Assembly: GCA_013044305.1 (NCBI GenBank)
Contig: JABEUT010000247.1
Location: 1 to 31,102 of the forward strand
Source of the DNA: Bacteroidia bacterium
GTDB taxonomy: Bacteria > Bacteroidota > Bacteroidia > JABEUT01
DNA length: 31,102 nt
Direction of reading: 5' to 3'
This document shows, piece after piece, positions 17,243-26,790 of this stretch (positions within the stretch are counted from its first letter, which is position 1; each line of letters begins with the position of its first letter). The notes beneath the pieces were generated by a model. The model was not told the DNA's origin and searched no databases. It worked only from the letters and a program-made list of their open reading frames with translations. The position numbers were made by a program, and so were the translations under genes.

Positions 17243-18487
17243 ATGAAAAAAGCGACTTTAGTTTTTATTGCCCTGCTTGCCTGCGGCATTAACGCGCAAA
17301 GCCAGGAGATAAGCGAAAAAAACATCAGACAAACCATAGGATACCTTGCCTCCGATAAATTGCAGGGCAGGGCAACATCATCCCCGGGCGAAAGGCTGGC
17401 TGCGGAATATATTGCCAACCTGTTTAAAGAATATAAACTGGTGCCTAAAGGCGACAGCGCCGGTTCATATTACTTTCATTTTAAGTGCCGGTATAATCCC
17501 GACAAAACCGACACCGTACCCGATCATGCCACGGAGCGCAACGGCACCGATGTGATAGGTTATTTAGACAACGGAGCCCAATATACCATTGTGATAGGAG
17601 CGCACCTCGACCATCTGGGACTGGGCTATGATGGCAACTCGCTTGACCCGAATCCCAAAGGGAAAATTCATCCGGGAGCCGACGATAACGCTTCGGGAGT
17701 GGCAGGAGTGCTGGAATTGGCCAGGTATTACAGTTCTCAAAATAAAAAGGGAAACTATAACTTTCTTTTCACCTGCTTTTCGGGTGAGGAGCTGGGCCTG
17801 TTCGGATCAAAAAAGTATTGCGAGAAGCCTACCATCGACCTGTCGAAGGTGGACCTGATGATAAACATGGACATGATAGGAAGGCTAAATGATTCAACCA
17901 AAAGGCTTATCGTTTACGGTGTGGGAACCGCCCCCGGACTGGTCAGGCTCATAGATTCGGTACCATCGGCCTTTTCGATAAAAAAGGATTCGGCCGGAAT
18001 TGGGCCCTCCGACCAGACGTCTTTTTATCTGAAAAATATTCCTGTGCTGTTCTTCTTCACCGGCGAACATTCCGACTACCACAAACCCTCTGATGTTGCC
18101 GCCAAAATCAATTATCCCGGCGAAAAGCAGGTGCTTGACTATATTATTAGGGTAGTGGCCGCCATTAATGCAGAACCAAAACTGGTATTTACGCCCACAA
18201 GAAACACCGAGATTGGCCGGAAGGCTGCAAAGTATAAAGTGACTATGGGGGTGATGCCCGACTATTCCTTCGATGGCGAAGGGATGAAAATAGACGGTGT
18301 TACCGATGGCAAGCCAGCATCTAAGGCCGGTATTAAGCAAGGGGATATAGTGATTCAGATGGGCGACCTGAAGATCAAATCAATGATGGATTATATGAAG
18401 GCGTTGTCGGCTTTCAAAAAGGATGAGACTACCGATGTGGTGCTGATGCGTAACGGCAAAAAGATAACAGTAAAGGTTACGTTTTAA
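17243..18487 (+). CDS. Exported M28-family aminopeptidase with a C-terminal PDZ domain
   Basis: Signal peptide; Zn-ligand motifs GAHLDHLG, GADDNASG, SGEELGL.GS, NMDMIG and YHKPSD; PDZ region MGVMPDY...DGV....PA.KAGI..GD. Confidence 0.92.
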   Translation: MKKATLVFIALLACGINAQSQEISEKNIRQTIGYLASDKLQGRATSSPGERLAAEYIANLFKEYKLVPKGDSAGSYYFHFKCRYNPDKTDTVPDHATERNGTDVIGYLDNGAQYTIVIGAHLDHLGLGYDGNSLDPNPKGKIHPGADDNASGVAGVLELARYYSSQNKKGNYNFLFTCFSGEELGLFGSKKYCEKPTIDLSKVDLMINMDMIGRLNDSTKRLIVYGVGTAPGLVRLIDSVPSAFSIKKDSAGIGPSDQTSFYLKNIPVLFFFTGEHSDYHKPSDVAAKINYPGEKQVLDYIIRVVAAINAEPKLVFTPTRNTEIGRKAAKYKVTMGVMPDYSFDGEGMKIDGVTDGKPASKAGIKQGDIVIQMGDLKIKSMMDYMKALSAFKKDETTDVVLMRNGKKITVKVTF

Positions 18488-18499
18488 TCTTCGTGTCCG

Positions 18500-19246
18500 C
18501 TAATTGTCCTGTCCCGCAGGCTGGCTTGAGGATCCGCCTTCGGTTGCCTTTTTCTTGGCAAAAGTGTAAATAAAGTTTAGCTGAAAAGCGAGGTTGTGCC
18601 CTGCCTGCCACGAACCATAATAAGGATAGAACCTGTTTACCGACGGTGAGTTTTCGAATACGGAGTTTATGGAATTCAGATAGCGGAAGTCAATGGCAAA
18701 ATTATCGGACACATCGTACCGGAAACCTACAGATAAGCCAAAATTAATCGGTGCATACTGAACGTTGTAGGCGGTGCTTACATAATGTTCGGCGCTGCTT
18801 GCATATACAATTCCGAATGCCTCATAATAGTAAGCGGCCAGAATTCCCAGATTGGCTCCTGCCTCAATCTCAAACTTGTCCGTAGGCTTGCCGCTAAGGT
18901 TGAAGTGTATCTTGTGCCTGTAAAGTACCGTAATATCAACGTAGTTCAGCCTTAATGTATAATAGCCTGTGTCAATAATCTGCTGTGCGGAATCCAATAT
19001 GGGGTTTACCTTGCTCCCTTTCAGGTCATAGGTAAGCTCCATTTCCAGGGTGTTCCGGTCGTTCAGCTTAACGTCAAGCAAGCCCCCGAAGGAAAGGCCC
19101 AGATGCTGAAAGGAGTTGCCCGAGGTAACTCCGGCGCCATTCACGCTGGTAACCATGCCTCCGAGTATCAGGCCACCGTTGAAGACCTGCGCGTGGCTTA
19201 TATGGGCCGCTATAACTGTAATTGCTATCAGAACAATGCGTTTCAT
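18500..19246 (-). CDS. Outer-membrane beta-barrel protein (PorT/OmpA-like 8-stranded family)
   Basis: Signal peptide ending SHA|Q, alternating amphipathic strands, EL.Y..KG...L.Y..I, and a final strand FQLNFIYTF. Confidence 0.8.
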   Translation of the reverse strand: MKRIVLIAITVIAAHISHAQVFNGGLILGGMVTSVNGAGVTSGNSFQHLGLSFGGLLDVKLNDRNTLEMELTYDLKGSKVNPILDSAQQIIDTGYYTLRLNYVDITVLYRHKIHFNLSGKPTDKFEIEAGANLGILAAYYYEAFGIVYASSAEHYVSTAYNVQYAPINFGLSVGFRYDVSDNFAIDFRYLNSINSVFENSPSVNRFYPYYGSWQAGHNLAFQLNFIYTFAKKKATEGGSSSQPAGQDN

Positions 19247-19291
19247 TCAATATAGTTTTGGAAGGTGCATCCGGAATTATTAATTGACATT

Positions 19292-19299
19292 CAAAATTA
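19292..19299 (-). promoter_or_regulatory. -7 box (TAATTTTG) for the OM beta-barrel gene
   Basis: Exact TAnnTTTG match 45 nt upstream of ATG 19246. Confidence 0.55.
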
Positions 19300-19436
19300 C
19301 AAAATATAAGGTTTGAGGGATGGGTAGTATCTATCGAATTATCTTAGATGTGGGTACTTTGCAGGCTTATTTTTTTCATACTGCATTGGTGGCTTAATGT
19401 TGCGGCGCCCCTTATCTGCGCTTGACCGTTGCAAGG

Positions 19437-20534
19437 TTATGCCAAAAAATCGGACAATATTTTTACAATTCGCCCCGTGGCTTTACCATCCCACAAGGGA
19501 GGTATTGCCCCTTTTTTATAAGTATTTTGTTGTACCTGTTCTATCCGCTCTTCAATCACCTCTCTTTGGAATGGTATAAGTTCATTGGTGCCAAGTTCAA
19601 CCGTTGACGGGCGCTCGGTGTTGGAGCGCAACGTAAGGCAAGGCACCTGCAGGTAGGTTGACTCCTCCTGTATGCCACCGCTGTCGGTAACCACGAGCAG
19701 GCATTCTTTTACAAGTTTTTGGAAGGCAAAGTAATCAAGCGGGCCTGTAAGCAATAGGTTCCGGTTTTTCTTAAAAATACTTAGAAAGCCATGTGCCTCC
19801 ATATTTTTGACTGTACGCGGGTGCACCGGAAAAACAAGCTTAAGTTTGCCGGTAATAGCTTCAATTATACCGGCTAATTTCGACAAGCCTTCCTTTGAGT
19901 CGACTGTTGCCGGGCGGTGCATGGTCATAAGCACATATTTTTTAGTTTCAAGCCGGTGTTCGTTCAGCACAGGCGTTTCATCTATCCTTTTCGAAAAGGC
20001 CACAAGGGTGTCAATCATGGTGTTGCCCACAAAGTGAATCTTATGCTTCTGGTGCTGTTCGTTCACCAGGTTGTCATAGCCGCTCTGCTCGGTAACAAAA
20101 AAGATATCCGACAGGTCATCGGTGAGCTTACGGTTGAATTCTTCGGGCATGGAATAGTCGAAACTGCGCAATCCGGCTTCAAGGTGGGCGAGCCTCACTC
20201 CCATCTTGTTGGCGGTGAGGGCTGCAGCCAGGGTAGTGTTCACATCGCCCGGAACGATCATGATATCCGGCTTATACTGCAGGACCGTTTTTTCAAGTTC
20301 AGTCATTATTTCAGCCATTTGAGCCACAGGGCTGCCCTGTTTTATATTCAGGAACATATCAGGCTGCATATTGAACTGCTCGAAAAAAGCAGTGGACATG
20401 GCTGGATCGGAGTGCTGCCCAGTGTGAACTATTTTGCATTCAAGGTGAGCATACTCCCTTACCACTGAAGGGAATTGAGTTACCTTAATGAAATTGGGCC
20501 TTGTGCCTACTACGATAAGGATTTTCTTTTTCAT
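19437..20534 (-). CDS. wecB: UDP-N-acetylglucosamine 2-epimerase (non-hydrolysing)
   Basis: GTRPNFIK, HTGQH, HLEAGLRS, MPEEFNR, GNTMIDTL, TMHRP and TDSGGIQEE...TLR..TERP. Confidence 0.92.
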   Translation of the reverse strand: MKKKILIVVGTRPNFIKVTQFPSVVREYAHLECKIVHTGQHSDPAMSTAFFEQFNMQPDMFLNIKQGSPVAQMAEIMTELEKTVLQYKPDIMIVPGDVNTTLAAALTANKMGVRLAHLEAGLRSFDYSMPEEFNRKLTDDLSDIFFVTEQSGYDNLVNEQHQKHKIHFVGNTMIDTLVAFSKRIDETPVLNEHRLETKKYVLMTMHRPATVDSKEGLSKLAGIIEAITGKLKLVFPVHPRTVKNMEAHGFLSIFKKNRNLLLTGPLDYFAFQKLVKECLLVVTDSGGIQEESTYLQVPCLTLRSNTERPSTVELGTNELIPFQREVIEERIEQVQQNTYKKGAIPPLWDGKATGRIVKILSDFLA

Positions 20535-21574
20535 GGTGTGTGAATTACGGGCAGGGTTATTTTCCTTCGTTCCTCGTCTATAATATCTTCATACTTTTCC
20601 CCTCCTTTTATAATGCGGTTAATACGAAGCAAGGTATCGAATATACGGCATGCCATAGGCTCCAAATCCATTTTCCACAAAGAGCCCTCGGTGAGTGTGC
20701 CGCCAAACCTCATTTTGAATTTTTGTATCCCCTCCAGTTTGGTGCCCGATACATTGCTTAACCTTGTTCCGGCAAAATCGTAGCGCTTCACTCCCTTTGT
20801 TTTCAGCAGCCTGATAGCCTCCCAATGTAACAGGTTCATACTTCCGGTAATTTCTACTTTAGCGGCCGAGGCGCCATATAAATAAAAAGCTCCATAGTCA
20901 GTGTAAGGAATGAGCACAGCCCCCTGTGACTTACCTTGCCAGTACACAGTACCGCATAAAATCATATTTTTCAGGTACGTTGTCATTGCCTGAAAATATT
21001 CAATGGGTTCACAATACATGGATGCCCGCTCCATAGTTGAGCGATATAATGCATAAAAATCTTTCAGAGTTTCGATACCCCATTTAATTTCCACGCCTTC
21101 TTTTGCCGCATTCCTTATTACATTGCGGTGCTTGGGATGCATCCGGGAAAATATTTCATCTTCCGTAGAGTTTTCAAGGTTAATGACATAAGTGCCGAAC
21201 GGACAAAATGCTGAATCATCGGGAACGGCATTAAAAACGCAGTAGCTGAACGATTGTATCACCCGTATGCCTGCTTTTTCCTTTTTGACAAGCGTTATAA
21301 AATCGTTGAGGAATATTTTTTCGTCACTTGAACTTAATCTTTCGCCCGACAAGGTTACCGGAGGGAAGATAATCTGCAAAAGCCGGAATGTTTTAACGGT
21401 ATAGCAGCTAACCGGCATTATCGCATCAGAGGTTTTGCAATAGAAAAGCAGGTAGTTTTTTTTCAATACCTTCTCTGTAAATTCGATGAATTCTTCTGTA
21501 AAATGGTAAGAGAATCTGGTTGTTCCGAGGCCTTTGATAAACTTATTGATCTCGCTATTTTGCAATATTTCCAT
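20531..21574 (-). CDS. FemAB/FemX-like tandem-GNAT protein, putative aminoacyl- or acyl-transferase acting on a glycan
   Basis: TY.I.L...EDEIF..M..KHRNVIR.A.K.GVEI, FYLYGAS, LLHWEAIR.....G...YDFAG and G...FK..FGG motifs of the FemAB superfamily. Confidence 0.75.
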   Translation of the reverse strand: MEILQNSEINKFIKGLGTTRFSYHFTEEFIEFTEKVLKKNYLLFYCKTSDAIMPVSCYTVKTFRLLQIIFPPVTLSGERLSSSDEKIFLNDFITLVKKEKAGIRVIQSFSYCVFNAVPDDSAFCPFGTYVINLENSTEDEIFSRMHPKHRNVIRNAAKEGVEIKWGIETLKDFYALYRSTMERASMYCEPIEYFQAMTTYLKNMILCGTVYWQGKSQGAVLIPYTDYGAFYLYGASAAKVEITGSMNLLHWEAIRLLKTKGVKRYDFAGTRLSNVSGTKLEGIQKFKMRFGGTLTEGSLWKMDLEPMACRIFDTLLRINRIIKGGEKYEDIIDEERRKITLPVIHTP

Positions 21575-21597
21575 CCTATTTTCCTATTTTCTTCAAA

Positions 21598-22854
21598 TTA
21601 TACGAGCAGAGATTCAAATTGAGTAGCAAGGTTCGTGAATTCAAAGCGGGAATTATCGAAATTCCTGTACGAAAGTTGTTCGAACTTTTCATTATTCATT
21701 ATCCACTCCAGCATATCACCAATGGTTTCGTTGGTAAACTGCGCCCCAATGCCATTACGGGTAATAAAGTCGCTCACCTCACCTTTAGGGCCAATTATGA
21801 ATATTTTTTTTCTAAGCGCAATATAATCCATCAGCTTGGTATTAAACTGAATATCCTCGTGTCCAAGATCAGTAATAAAAAGGGCGGCGGAAGCCTGATT
21901 GAGAATAGTCAATGCCTCGTTCATTGGTTTTACGCCATAATATTTAAAAATCCGCTTATCGGCCTTCTCGAATATAGCCAGGTTTTCCTGTCCTATGTGC
22001 CCGCAGAATTCAAATGTTACTTTTCGTTTTAAAAGCAGTTCCCTGTTGTTATTAATATAATTTGTAATGCTCTGGTTGGTGTCTGCCGTTTTCAAATAAA
22101 GTGAGCCGTTGTAAACAATCCTGAAACCGTCAGTTTCGGGAATTGGCTGATTTTTCAGGAATGCGTAATCGGCGCCGTCGAACCCGTTTGTAATAGTGAC
22201 AAATTTTTCATCGTAGCCTTTCATGAACCCAGAAAGGGATTGAGTTAATGTGCGCGAAATGGCTACAACCCGGTCTGCATTTTCAAGCGCGCTTCTCTCC
22301 ATATCCTGTTCACATTTTACCCTGGCCGAAGGAAGGCTGCTCATATTCACGCGGTGAAAATCGGGATGTTCAGCCCATGGATCGCGGAAATCCAGTATCA
22401 CGTTCAGCTCCGGAAACTTTTTTTTCAGCGAGGTGATATCAAACAGATACCTGTAAGGTGGTGCAGAAGCAATGATGTTGGTAATGTTTTCGCTGCCAAT
22501 GAGCCGCGAAACACAGTCCTGTAATCCGCTTCCCCATCGTATTGAACGGTCGTAGATATTGCCCTTTGTGAAATACTTCATATATGCGGATGCGAGCCTG
22601 TAATTTATTTTTTGCTGTAAGTTTTTTTTGTCAAAGTGTGTAAGAATGGGCGGGTAATTGCCGGGTATGCGATGCACTGTTAATCCATTCCAGCTTTCGC
22701 TCCCATACTTTCCCGACGATGATGGAGAGGCGGTTACAAGGTGAACCTCATGCCCTTTTTTCACCAGTTGTTCGCCAAGTTTAGACCACCTTCTGCCGCC
22801 TACGCCCGTAGCCGGAGGAAAAGTGTAAGACACAATCACGACCTTTTTCCCCAT
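21598..22854 (-). CDS. Glycosyltransferase family 4-like (GT-B)
   Basis: Y.FPP..G.GG.RW, SAPPY, DFRDPW, ITNGFD, I.YNGSLY and NTKLMDYIAL.K motifs. Confidence 0.85.
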   Translation of the reverse strand: MGKKVVIVSYTFPPATGVGGRRWSKLGEQLVKKGHEVHLVTASPSSSGKYGSESWNGLTVHRIPGNYPPILTHFDKKNLQQKINYRLASAYMKYFTKGNIYDRSIRWGSGLQDCVSRLIGSENITNIIASAPPYRYLFDITSLKKKFPELNVILDFRDPWAEHPDFHRVNMSSLPSARVKCEQDMERSALENADRVVAISRTLTQSLSGFMKGYDEKFVTITNGFDGADYAFLKNQPIPETDGFRIVYNGSLYLKTADTNQSITNYINNNRELLLKRKVTFEFCGHIGQENLAIFEKADKRIFKYYGVKPMNEALTILNQASAALFITDLGHEDIQFNTKLMDYIALRKKIFIIGPKGEVSDFITRNGIGAQFTNETIGDMLEWIMNNEKFEQLSYRNFDNSRFEFTNLATQFESLLV

Positions 22855-22859
22855 CGCGC

Positions 22860-24017
22860 CTACTTTTTTTCCAAAGTCCTTAACATGACCTCGAAGGGTT
22901 TTAGAACTCCTATTACTTTATAATATTTTTTCCAGTATGAGGAAATGTTTGCATATTCCTGATGCTTGTGTGCCGGCTCCTTCATGTAGGATTCCCAAGA
23001 GGCATCGGTAAAACCTAATTTTTTCTTCACATATTCAAAATCTTCAACAAATAATGATTCGTCGACATAGGTTGGGTTGTTCATTTCCTGTAATGCTTGC
23101 TCCCTGCTGATTTGTCCGGAACATATTAATGTTGATAAATGAAACTGGCGTTTATCAATATGAAACTTTTGTGGAAGTATGTACCCCTGATAAAAGCGTG
23201 TGAACACGGATTCGTAATGCTTACCTCCATAATCGCTCCAGTTCAGTTTCTCGGTTATAATTTCCTTGGCTTTTGCTTTGTCGTATTCCATGTAGTTCAG
23301 TAATGCTATCCTGTGAAAACGCTTGGTCAGTTCATAATACGAATACACCCAAGGGGACAAATGCGGAAAGGTTTTCATGGGCATCTTACCAAATTTTGAA
23401 TGAATTGCTTTTATATTGATAATATCCATTTTAGAGTGTACCCAGCTTTTTGGCATATATGTACCTTCAGTAACCAGATTGTGACCGCTTAATATATTAT
23501 GAATATTATATTTTATAGCAATCAAATACATGGATATCATCAGGGCATAATCGTAGGGGAGTTCAATATCCACAACTCCCGCCTTGAAAAATGAAATTTG
23601 TATATCCCTGAATTCATCCCAGTTCAGAACAACGGTATGCAAATCATAATTGGTCTTTTTTATTATGTTCTCGATATTCCTGACCGATGTTTCAGTATTC
23701 CAGCCGTTATCGCAATGAACTAACAGGATGCGCAATCCCTGCTGATATGCCATGTAGGCGAGGTACGTACTGTCAACCCCTCCGCTTACACCCATTATTG
23801 CATCATACTGTTTGTTTTTACCTTCCCGCACCAATTGAGATATAAGGGTATTGAAATTATGTTGGCGTTCAGGTTCCTTCGGAAGTTTTGCCGCCCCATC
23901 ATCATAATTCCTACAATGGTTGCATACACCCTTATCATCCAGCACAAGATCCGGATCGCTCCCACTGTCCATAATGCAACGAACACAACTTAAAATTTCC
24001 TTCCGTTCCATAATCAT
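22860..24017 (-). CDS. N-acetyl sugar amidotransferase (WbuX/WbpG/PseA-type PP-loop ATPase)
   Basis: N-terminal CxxC...CxxC (CVRC...CNHC), PP-loop VSGGVDSTY, DNGWN, GGKHYES.FT.FYQ and LS.LICSGQISREQAL. Confidence 0.9.
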   Translation of the reverse strand: MIMERKEILSCVRCIMDSGSDPDLVLDDKGVCNHCRNYDDGAAKLPKEPERQHNFNTLISQLVREGKNKQYDAIMGVSGGVDSTYLAYMAYQQGLRILLVHCDNGWNTETSVRNIENIIKKTNYDLHTVVLNWDEFRDIQISFFKAGVVDIELPYDYALMISMYLIAIKYNIHNILSGHNLVTEGTYMPKSWVHSKMDIINIKAIHSKFGKMPMKTFPHLSPWVYSYYELTKRFHRIALLNYMEYDKAKAKEIITEKLNWSDYGGKHYESVFTRFYQGYILPQKFHIDKRQFHLSTLICSGQISREQALQEMNNPTYVDESLFVEDFEYVKKKLGFTDASWESYMKEPAHKHQEYANISSYWKKYYKVIGVLKPFEVMLRTLEKK

Positions 24018-24784
24018 ATTCGTTCGTACAACATATTCAGTTCTCCCTGCGATGGATAATTGATAAGAATGGAATCGGTAGATTTGCCCACATACACGAA
24101 CATGCTTCCTGCGGCAACAGCCGAGGCGTGTCCGTTATTTATTGCCTTAAACAGGTCTTCCATTCCTCCGGCTCCCCCGCAGGCTATAACCGGAATTCCT
24201 ACAGATGAGGTAATCTGACTTAAAGTCTTCAAGTCGTATCCGGTTCGCATACCGTCGCGGTTGATGCAGTTTAACAGAATTTCTCCGGCGCCTGCCTCTA
24301 CTGCTGCTTTTGCGGCTGTCAATGGGGTGTGGGGAACTCTTATTTTTCCTCCGTGTGAATAAACTCTTGTGTTGCCTCTCGAATTAATTGTATAGTCAAT
24401 GGATACCACAACACTCTGCCTGCCATATTTTTCCGAAATATTTTTAACCAGGGAGGGCGCTTTATAAAAATGCGTGTTAATGGCTACCTTCTCCACCCCG
24501 AGACTGAAGATTTTTGCCGCCTGTTCTAGGGTTGTAATTCCACCTCCATAGGTCATCGGCATAAAGCATTCGGCAGCTATTTTGCCCAGAAACCGGTAAT
24601 CGGGCTCTCTTTGTTCCTTAGTAGCATCAATGTCAAGCACAATTATTTCATCCACTTTTTTGTCATTGAATATTTTTACCGCATTCACAGGGTCTCCGAG
24701 ATAATTACGCCTTCCGAACCTAATGGTTTTGCATAAACCGGTGCCTGCTAATAGTATGAGCGGAATTAGCCTTGGAATCTTCAT
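24014..24784 (-). CDS. HisF-like cyclase subunit of the glycan amidination trio (WbuZ/AglZ/HisF2-type)
   Basis: RLIP.ILL....L.KT..F....YLGDPVNAVKIFN.K.VDE, YGGGI, GAGEILLN.I.RDG...GYD and A.AAGSMFV. Confidence 0.9.
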   Translation of the reverse strand: MKIPRLIPLILLAGTGLCKTIRFGRRNYLGDPVNAVKIFNDKKVDEIIVLDIDATKEQREPDYRFLGKIAAECFMPMTYGGGITTLEQAAKIFSLGVEKVAINTHFYKAPSLVKNISEKYGRQSVVVSIDYTINSRGNTRVYSHGGKIRVPHTPLTAAKAAVEAGAGEILLNCINRDGMRTGYDLKTLSQITSSVGIPVIACGGAGGMEDLFKAINNGHASAVAAGSMFVYVGKSTDSILINYPSQGELNMLYERI

Positions 24785-26790
24785 AAATGAAGTATAAAGT
24801 TATTTAAAATATTAAGTCCGAAGCTGTGGCTTTTCTCGGGATGGAACTGCACCCCCATAATATTTTCGCGGGCGAAGGCGCATGCAAAGGTTATGCCGTA
24901 GGTGGCTGTAGCTATGGAATAGGGTGTATCGTGGCTTATGTAGTAAGAATGCGCAAAATAATACCTGGGGTTATTGCCGGAATTTCTAAACAAAGGATGG
25001 TTTTTTTCAATGTTGATGTCCATCCAGCCCATGTGGGGTACCGGTAATTTGGCGTTGTCATTAAAACTAAATTTTTTCGTTTGGGCGGGAATCCAGCCCA
25101 GCCCGTCAGCATTTCCCTCCTCGCTGTGCAAGGTAATCAGTTGCATGCCAAGGCAGATACCCAGCACGGGCGTTTTTTCTTGCAGCACTTTCCTGTTCAG
25201 AATTTCCGAAAGCCCCGACTCCTTGAGGTTCTGCATGCCCTTTGCAAAAGCGCCAACTCCCGGCAGTATGATTTTGTCTGCCGCATGAATGGCCTCCACC
25301 GCAGAGGTAATTAGGGAGTTGTAGCCGAGTCTGCGGAGCATGTTTTGAATGGATGCAGGGTTTCCCAGCCCATAATCCACAATTACAACGTTCGGTTTTT
25401 TGGCATGCGGTGGTGCAGTTTTGAGCATAACATGTTGCTCGCGGGTGCGGTTTGCCAAGGCATTTCTATTAATGACAAAAGGCGATTCCGGCAGCCCTGT
25501 TTTTTCAAAGTATTTATCAACCGGCAGATTTAAAAACAGCTCAATCTTTGAGAAAAAGTCCGTTTTATCATGGGCACAGATATTTTTGATGCTAGTCAGC
25601 ACTTTCCCCATTCCTTCTTCTTCAAAAGGCATCATGAGGCATTTAAAGCCGTAGTACAAGCGTTCATAAACCACACTCGAAAACATGCTGATACCCAGCA
25701 CTGACTTATCAAAACATGCGGAAGAAAAGACCTCGCCCTCATAAATTGAGAAATCAAGTCCGGAGAAAAAATCATTATAATGCTTCAGCATGGCATCCCT
25801 GTTTTCGGGAGTTTTTTCTCGCGGGTGTGGAAATACCAGCAGCTTTATTCCCGCGTTCCTTTTAAGGTATTCGGCAAGGTAGAGCATTACTGTATTCTCA
25901 TTTTTCTCAAAATTCCATTCATCCAAGTCGCCATGCTCCGAGCGCTGATATGCCGCAGATGAGTAAAATCCGATAACATTCATGCCTGAAGCAGGGTCTA
26001 TAGGTTTATTATAATATTTTGCAGTATGATGAATGTTTTCCGGTCCCCACAACTCAATGTTTTTAACCTGTATGGTATCGCTGTATAATTTAAGTTCCTC
26101 AAGCTGGAAGGTGTCGCAAAGGATGAGGGTATCGCATGCCACAATGATTTTGTTCCAAAACTTAAGAGGAGTGGAAGAACTTATTTTTTTTACGGTGATG
26201 CCGGAGTTTTGCAAGGCGATGGAGGTAATGTTTGAATCTTTCTCATAAATGGAATAGAAATATAAAGTACGCACATGCTGCCTCTTCAATAATTTTTGCA
26301 GATTGACAAGTTCAATGTATTCCCAAAAGATAAGCCCTGTTGAACCCTTATATTTTTCAAAAAGCGACACAGGCAGCAGAAAAATAGCAAGAATGCATTC
26401 AAAAATTACCTGCAGAACCTTGTCCCCAAGCCTGAAATAGCCGAGAAGCCTGTTTTTCCATATACTGCCGGCAGGTTTTTCCTTCAGAAAAAATTGCAAA
26501 TGGCCCAGTCTTTGATTCTCACCCTGTTCAAACCAAGGAGAATCGTAGAAATAAAGACCGCCTCCAGAATAAATATGGCAAGCGTCTTCTGCGCGTATTT
26601 TTTTTGCAAGGATTGCGTGCGCAAATGCCTTGAAGAAAAAGACAAAACTTTTGTTATTGGCGTCTGACAGGCGGTAGCTTAACCCAAACAGTCTGGCAGC
26701 GGCAAGCGAATATTTTCCTTTGCCGTCCTTATCAAAATATCGGCTCCAAAACACCCTTAAAAAGAGCAACAATGTCTTGCTGTAAATCAT
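24781..26790 (-). CDS. Fusion protein: about 440 aa GT-B-like putative nonulosonate transferase plus a C-terminal HisH-like (WbuY-type) glutaminase
   Basis: Single 669 aa ORF. From residue 467 the sequence is HisH-like: VIVDYGLGN, ILPGVGAF, GICLGMQ, PHMGW, YFAHSY and QFHPEKS. The N-terminal part has IGFYSS, VFPHPRE (His322-Pro323) and SMFSSVVYE. Confidence 0.8.
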   Translation of the reverse strand: MIYSKTLLLFLRVFWSRYFDKDGKGKYSLAAARLFGLSYRLSDANNKSFVFFFKAFAHAILAKKIRAEDACHIYSGGGLYFYDSPWFEQGENQRLGHLQFFLKEKPAGSIWKNRLLGYFRLGDKVLQVIFECILAIFLLPVSLFEKYKGSTGLIFWEYIELVNLQKLLKRQHVRTLYFYSIYEKDSNITSIALQNSGITVKKISSSTPLKFWNKIIVACDTLILCDTFQLEELKLYSDTIQVKNIELWGPENIHHTAKYYNKPIDPASGMNVIGFYSSAAYQRSEHGDLDEWNFEKNENTVMLYLAEYLKRNAGIKLLVFPHPREKTPENRDAMLKHYNDFFSGLDFSIYEGEVFSSACFDKSVLGISMFSSVVYERLYYGFKCLMMPFEEEGMGKVLTSIKNICAHDKTDFFSKIELFLNLPVDKYFEKTGLPESPFVINRNALANRTREQHVMLKTAPPHAKKPNVVIVDYGLGNPASIQNMLRRLGYNSLITSAVEAIHAADKIILPGVGAFAKGMQNLKESGLSEILNRKVLQEKTPVLGICLGMQLITLHSEEGNADGLGWIPAQTKKFSFNDNAKLPVPHMGWMDINIEKNHPLFRNSGNNPRYYFAHSYYISHDTPYSIATATYGITFACAFARENIMGVQFHPEKSHSFGLNILNNFILHL

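Noticed and set aside
21575-21592. cctatttt tandem duplication between the GT4 and FemAB-like genes
   Set aside because: Two copies of an 8-mer in AT-rich DNA are expected by chance.
24014-25392. hisF/hisH as histidine biosynthesis genes
   Set aside because: They sit next to a WbuX-type amidotransferase inside a glycan operon, the HisF has the YLGDPVNAVKIFN variant, and no other his genes are present.
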